A DNA stretch of 19,006 nt from Candidatus Sigynarchaeum calidifontis (GTDB lineage: Archaea; Asgardarchaeota; Lokiarchaeia; Sigyniarchaeales; Sigyniarchaeaceae): the NCBI GenBank assembly GCA_030587475.2, contig JAUQYZ020000017.1, positions 1 through 19,006 of the forward strand. The letters are read 5' to 3'. The notes under the pieces are model-generated. The model saw nothing but the letters and a program-made list of their open reading frames with translations. It searched no databases and had not been told where the DNA came from. Within the stretch, counting starts at the first letter, position 1. Each line of letters starts with the position of its first letter. Of the stretch, positions 15,927 to 19,006 are shown in pieces. Both the position numbers and the translations under genes were made by a program.

Positions 15927-16580
15927 TCATAAGGTGTGGATCAAGATGGCGCGGATCAGCTCGCGGGTCGTCTCGTCGTCTTCCGTCGTCTCGGTCTTGA
16001 GCACCGCCTTGAGATCCTCGATGGCCTCGAGCACGTCCCCCATCTCCTTCTGGATCGACTTCGTGTTGTCGGGGAGACGCCCGTCCCATTTCGCGATGTA
16101 AGCATCGACGGCCTTGGTTGCGGCATCCTTGTCCAGCGTCAAATCGAGTTCCTTGATCCACAGCTCGACCTCTCGCCTTGCAGCATTTATCGACCCCGAT
16201 GCGTGAACCGCGTTGACCCCTTTAGCTATGCCGTACTTGCCACGGAGGCAACCCTTCACGCGCTTGGCGTCTTCGACGAATCGCGGGCCGATCAGATCGC
16301 GCATGGCGCCCACGATGCCGTTTCCCTCGACGACCAGGACGAGCACGCCGACGGGGACGGTCATGATGGCCATCAAGCCTTGGAAGTACGGCTGGCCCTC
16401 GTGTTCCGAGAAATGTCGCTTGGCGAGATCCAGGGTGACTGGCGCCTGGGCGAAGGCGATTATCGACGAGCCAGGTAGTTTTTTTATGGCTTTCAGCACG
16501 TTCACGCCGATCTGGCGGCGCAGCACGCCATCAGGCTTCACGAGCACGAGCGTGCGCTCGATCTTGGTGTCGTGGCTCAT
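15927..16580 (-). CDS. ndk: Nucleoside diphosphate kinase-family protein with C-terminal helical extension
   Basis: ERTLVLVKPDGV, LRGKYG and NAVHASGS (phospho-His). True start is likely the ATG at 16580 (MSHDTKIERT), since the longer ORF would overlap infB. Confidence 0.88.
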   Translation of the reverse strand: MSHDTKIERTLVLVKPDGVLRRQIGVNVLKAIKKLPGSSIIAFAQAPVTLDLAKRHFSEHEGQPYFQGLMAIMTVPVGVLVLVVEGNGIVGAMRDLIGPRFVEDAKRVKGCLRGKYGIAKGVNAVHASGSINAARREVELWIKELDLTLDKDAATKAVDAYIAKWDGRLPDNTKSIQKEMGDVLEAIEDLKAVLKTETTEDDETTRELIRAILIHTL

Positions 16581-16667
16581 GAGATGTCCCTCGAAACCGT
16601 GGTTTGCTAGACCTCGCCCTTCGCGAGATTTATCATTTGCCGCGCCTTCTAGCACCAGTGATAGCCC

Positions 16668-18476
16668 ATGCCAACCCCCGCTTCCGAGCAAAAAAAGGTC
16701 AGGGCGCCGATACTATGCGTTCTCGGCCACATCGACCATGGTAAAACGAGTATCCTCGATTTTATCCGTGGAACGGTCGTGCAAAAGCGGGAAGTCGCAG
16801 GCATCACGCAGCACATCGGCGCATCGTTTTTACCCATCGATGACATCGCGAAATTCTGCAAATTGAGCCCGGAAATAGCTAGCAAGCTCATCGTGCCGGG
16901 ATTGCTCGTGATCGACACCCCGGGACACTCTGCTTTCGTCAATCTACGGAAACGGGGAGGCGCGGTCGCCAACATCGCCATCCTCGTCGTCGAGGTAACC
17001 TCGGGCCCGATGCCCACGACATGGGAGGCCGTGCGCATCTTGCGCGAGCGCAAGGTGCCGTTCGTCGTCGCGGCCAATAAGCTCGACCTCATCGATGGGT
17101 GGCGATCGGATCCGAACGTCCGTGGCTTCAAGCAAGCCTACGCTAAACAAGACCAGCGGACGCGCGAGCTCCTCGACAACGTGATCTACCAGTGGATGGC
17201 AGATTTCAATGCCGAGGGTTTTAAAAACGTCGACCGGTACGACAACATCAAGGACTTCACCCAGAGCCTTGCCATCGTTCCCACGTCTGCCCGCACGGGC
17301 GAGGGCATTCCCGACCTCTTGCTGGTGCTCATCGGCCTCGTCCAGCAGTACTTGCAAAAGCACATCATCTACACGGACGGCCCTGCAAAGGGCGTCGTGC
17401 TGGAGGTGAAATCCACGCAAGGGCTGGGAACCACGCTCGACGCGATCGTGTACGACGGGTACCTCAAGAAAAACGACACGATCATCGTCGGCACGCTCGG
17501 CGAGCCCATCCAGACGAAGATCCGTGCACTCTTGCAACCGAAGCCAATGGACGAGATACGCGACCCGCGATTCAAGTTCAACAACGTCGACATCGTGCAC
17601 GCCGCCGCGGGCGTGAAGATCGCCGCCCCCGGTCTCGAGACCGTGTTGGCTGGAGCCCCGTTCATGTCCGTGTGGTCGGATGCCGACAAGGAGAAGGCCA
17701 TCGAGCAGATCACGGCCGAGATGAGGGAAATCGCCATCGAGGTCGAGGACAAGGGTGTCGTGCTCAAGGCCGATTCGATCGGATCGCTCGAAGCCACGGT
17801 GCAGCTGTTCAAGGAGAACGGCGTGAGCATCCGGCGCGCCAGCGTGGGTGACATCGCGAAAAAGGACGTGGTCGATGCCGCGGCGAGCCAGTCGGATGCA
17901 TCGTACCTGGCCGTCGTTCTGGGTTTCGGCGTCAAGGTCTTGCCGGACGCGCTTGCCGAAGCGAACAAGCAAGGGATCCGGATCTTCACCAACGACGTGA
18001 TCTATCGTCTTCTAGAGGATTACAAGGCATACGTTGATAAGGTCAAGGAGGACGAGAAACTCGGCGTGTTTTCTGCCCTCATCAAACCAGGCGTGCTCAA
18101 GATATTGCCAGAATACGTGTTCCGGCGCTCGAACCCCGCCGTGTTCGGTGTCCGAGTTGAAAAAGGCAGCGCGATACCAAAAATTGGCCTGGTGAACCAG
18201 GACGGCGAGAACGTCGGCAAGATCCACCAGATCCAGGCCGACAACGAGTCGGTCAAGCTGGCGAAGATGGGGCAAGAAGTCGCCATCTCCATCAACGACA
18301 TCACGTTTGGCCGGCAGGTAAAGGAGACCGACACGCTGTACATCGCGGTGCCCGAATCGCACGTCCGCGTGCTCAGGACCAAGTTCCGGGACGATTTGCG
18401 GCCGGACGAGCTCGAGGCGCTGCTCCAGTACGTGGAAATAATGAGAAAGAAAGAATCTGCCTGGTGGGGCATTTAA
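16668..18476 (+). CDS. infB: Translation initiation factor aIF5B (IF-2)
   Basis: RAPILCVLGHIDHGKT, AGITQHIGA, IDTPGH, NKLD and KADSIGSLEA; 602 aa, the archaeal size. Confidence 0.98.
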   Translation: MPTPASEQKKVRAPILCVLGHIDHGKTSILDFIRGTVVQKREVAGITQHIGASFLPIDDIAKFCKLSPEIASKLIVPGLLVIDTPGHSAFVNLRKRGGAVANIAILVVEVTSGPMPTTWEAVRILRERKVPFVVAANKLDLIDGWRSDPNVRGFKQAYAKQDQRTRELLDNVIYQWMADFNAEGFKNVDRYDNIKDFTQSLAIVPTSARTGEGIPDLLLVLIGLVQQYLQKHIIYTDGPAKGVVLEVKSTQGLGTTLDAIVYDGYLKKNDTIIVGTLGEPIQTKIRALLQPKPMDEIRDPRFKFNNVDIVHAAAGVKIAAPGLETVLAGAPFMSVWSDADKEKAIEQITAEMREIAIEVEDKGVVLKADSIGSLEATVQLFKENGVSIRRASVGDIAKKDVVDAAASQSDASYLAVVLGFGVKVLPDALAEANKQGIRIFTNDVIYRLLEDYKAYVDKVKEDEKLGVFSALIKPGVLKILPEYVFRRSNPAVFGVRVEKGSAIPKIGLVNQDGENVGKIHQIQADNESVKLAKMGQEVAISINDITFGRQVKETDTLYIAVPESHVRVLRTKFRDDLRPDELEALLQYVEIMRKKESAWWGI

Positions 18477-18537
18477 ACCGGGCATGAATAACGGGTAACG
18501 AAACAAATAAGGAAAACAAAGCAAGAAAAAAGATTCC

Positions 18538-19006
18538 TTACGTTTTCTTGACCTTCATGCCGAACGTGCCGACGAGATCCTTCGTGTCCTTGATGTGATC
18601 CTTGAGCGTGAGTGGTTCCTCGGTCGGCTGCGTTTCGGAATATTCCGACGCCTCCTTCTTGAGAAACTCGATCGCCAGCACGACGCCGTTTTCAACGAGA
18701 ACGCGGGGCGAGTAACCGTCCGCGAAAAACACGCCCTCGGGTAGCGAGCCGATCGGCTCGAGCGTGCGTTCGACCTTCTTCTTGCCAAGGAACACTTGTT
18801 CTTTTACCGAGATGCTATAAGCCGCGCTCCCGATGATGACCATTTCCCTGATAAACCCGGCGGGAACCTTCAAGTTGCTGAGGATGCCCAGCACGCGATC
18901 AACGCTGACGTCCGCGCCGAGAGCCGCGGCTGGCGCTACAGGCGCGGGAGCGGGGGCTGCCGCGGGCGCGGAACGAGCCACCGGCGCGGGAGCGGGGCGC
19001 GCTGCT
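18538..19006 (-). CDS. Hypothetical protein, C-terminal part (Pro/Ala-rich linker followed by a globular domain); 5' end outside the window
   Basis: The frame stays open from the window edge to the TAA at 18538 and reads as a plausible protein. No family recognised. Confidence 0.7.
   Translation of the reverse strand, partial: AARPAPAPVARSAPAAAPAPAPVAPAAALGADVSVDRVLGILSNLKVPAGFIREMVIIGSAAYSISVKEQVFLGKKKVERTLEPIGSLPEGVFFADGYSPRVLVENGVVLAIEFLKKEASEYSETQPTEEPLTLKDHIKDTKDLVGTFGMKVKKT

Noticed and set aside
16581-16691. N-terminal extension of ndk in the ORF track
   Set aside because: It overlaps the infB start and the divergent intergenic region; NDK similarity begins just after the Met at 16580.
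1-19006. CRISPR arrays, tRNA/rRNA genes, transposases or integrases
   Set aside because: None seen; intergenic gaps are short and the only clear tandem repeat is intragenic.

Overview
High-GC archaeal DNA, most likely an Asgard archaeon (Lokiarchaeia-like). This is inferred from archaeal/eukaryote-type eS6, eL24 and aIF5B genes together with a complete eukaryote-style ubiquitin cascade. The left flank carries a 3'-truncated uvrB, a RelBE-type toxin-antitoxin pair, an esterase and a GPH-family MFS transporter. The centre (5350-12573) is the notable part. A + strand operon encodes a ubiquitin-like modifier, E1, E2, a JAMM/MPN+ isopeptidase and a polytopic membrane RING E3. It faces a convergent - strand pair: a long coiled-coil protein and a Cdc48-N-like/VWA protein carrying a second copy of the same Ubl. 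Both Ubl domains end in IPASTAG (single Gly plus an extension) instead of di-Gly. The free Ubl has an N-terminal amphipathic helix. A short motif, [IV]-[SAT]-S-K-T-P, recurs four times in disordered regions of three proteins of the locus. An orphan 7TM receptor-like gene lies upstream of the - strand pair. The right flank is a rearranged rps6e/rpl24e/ndk/infB cluster with an SDR in it, then a partial hypothetical gene. All family calls come from motifs read by eye; no searches were run.
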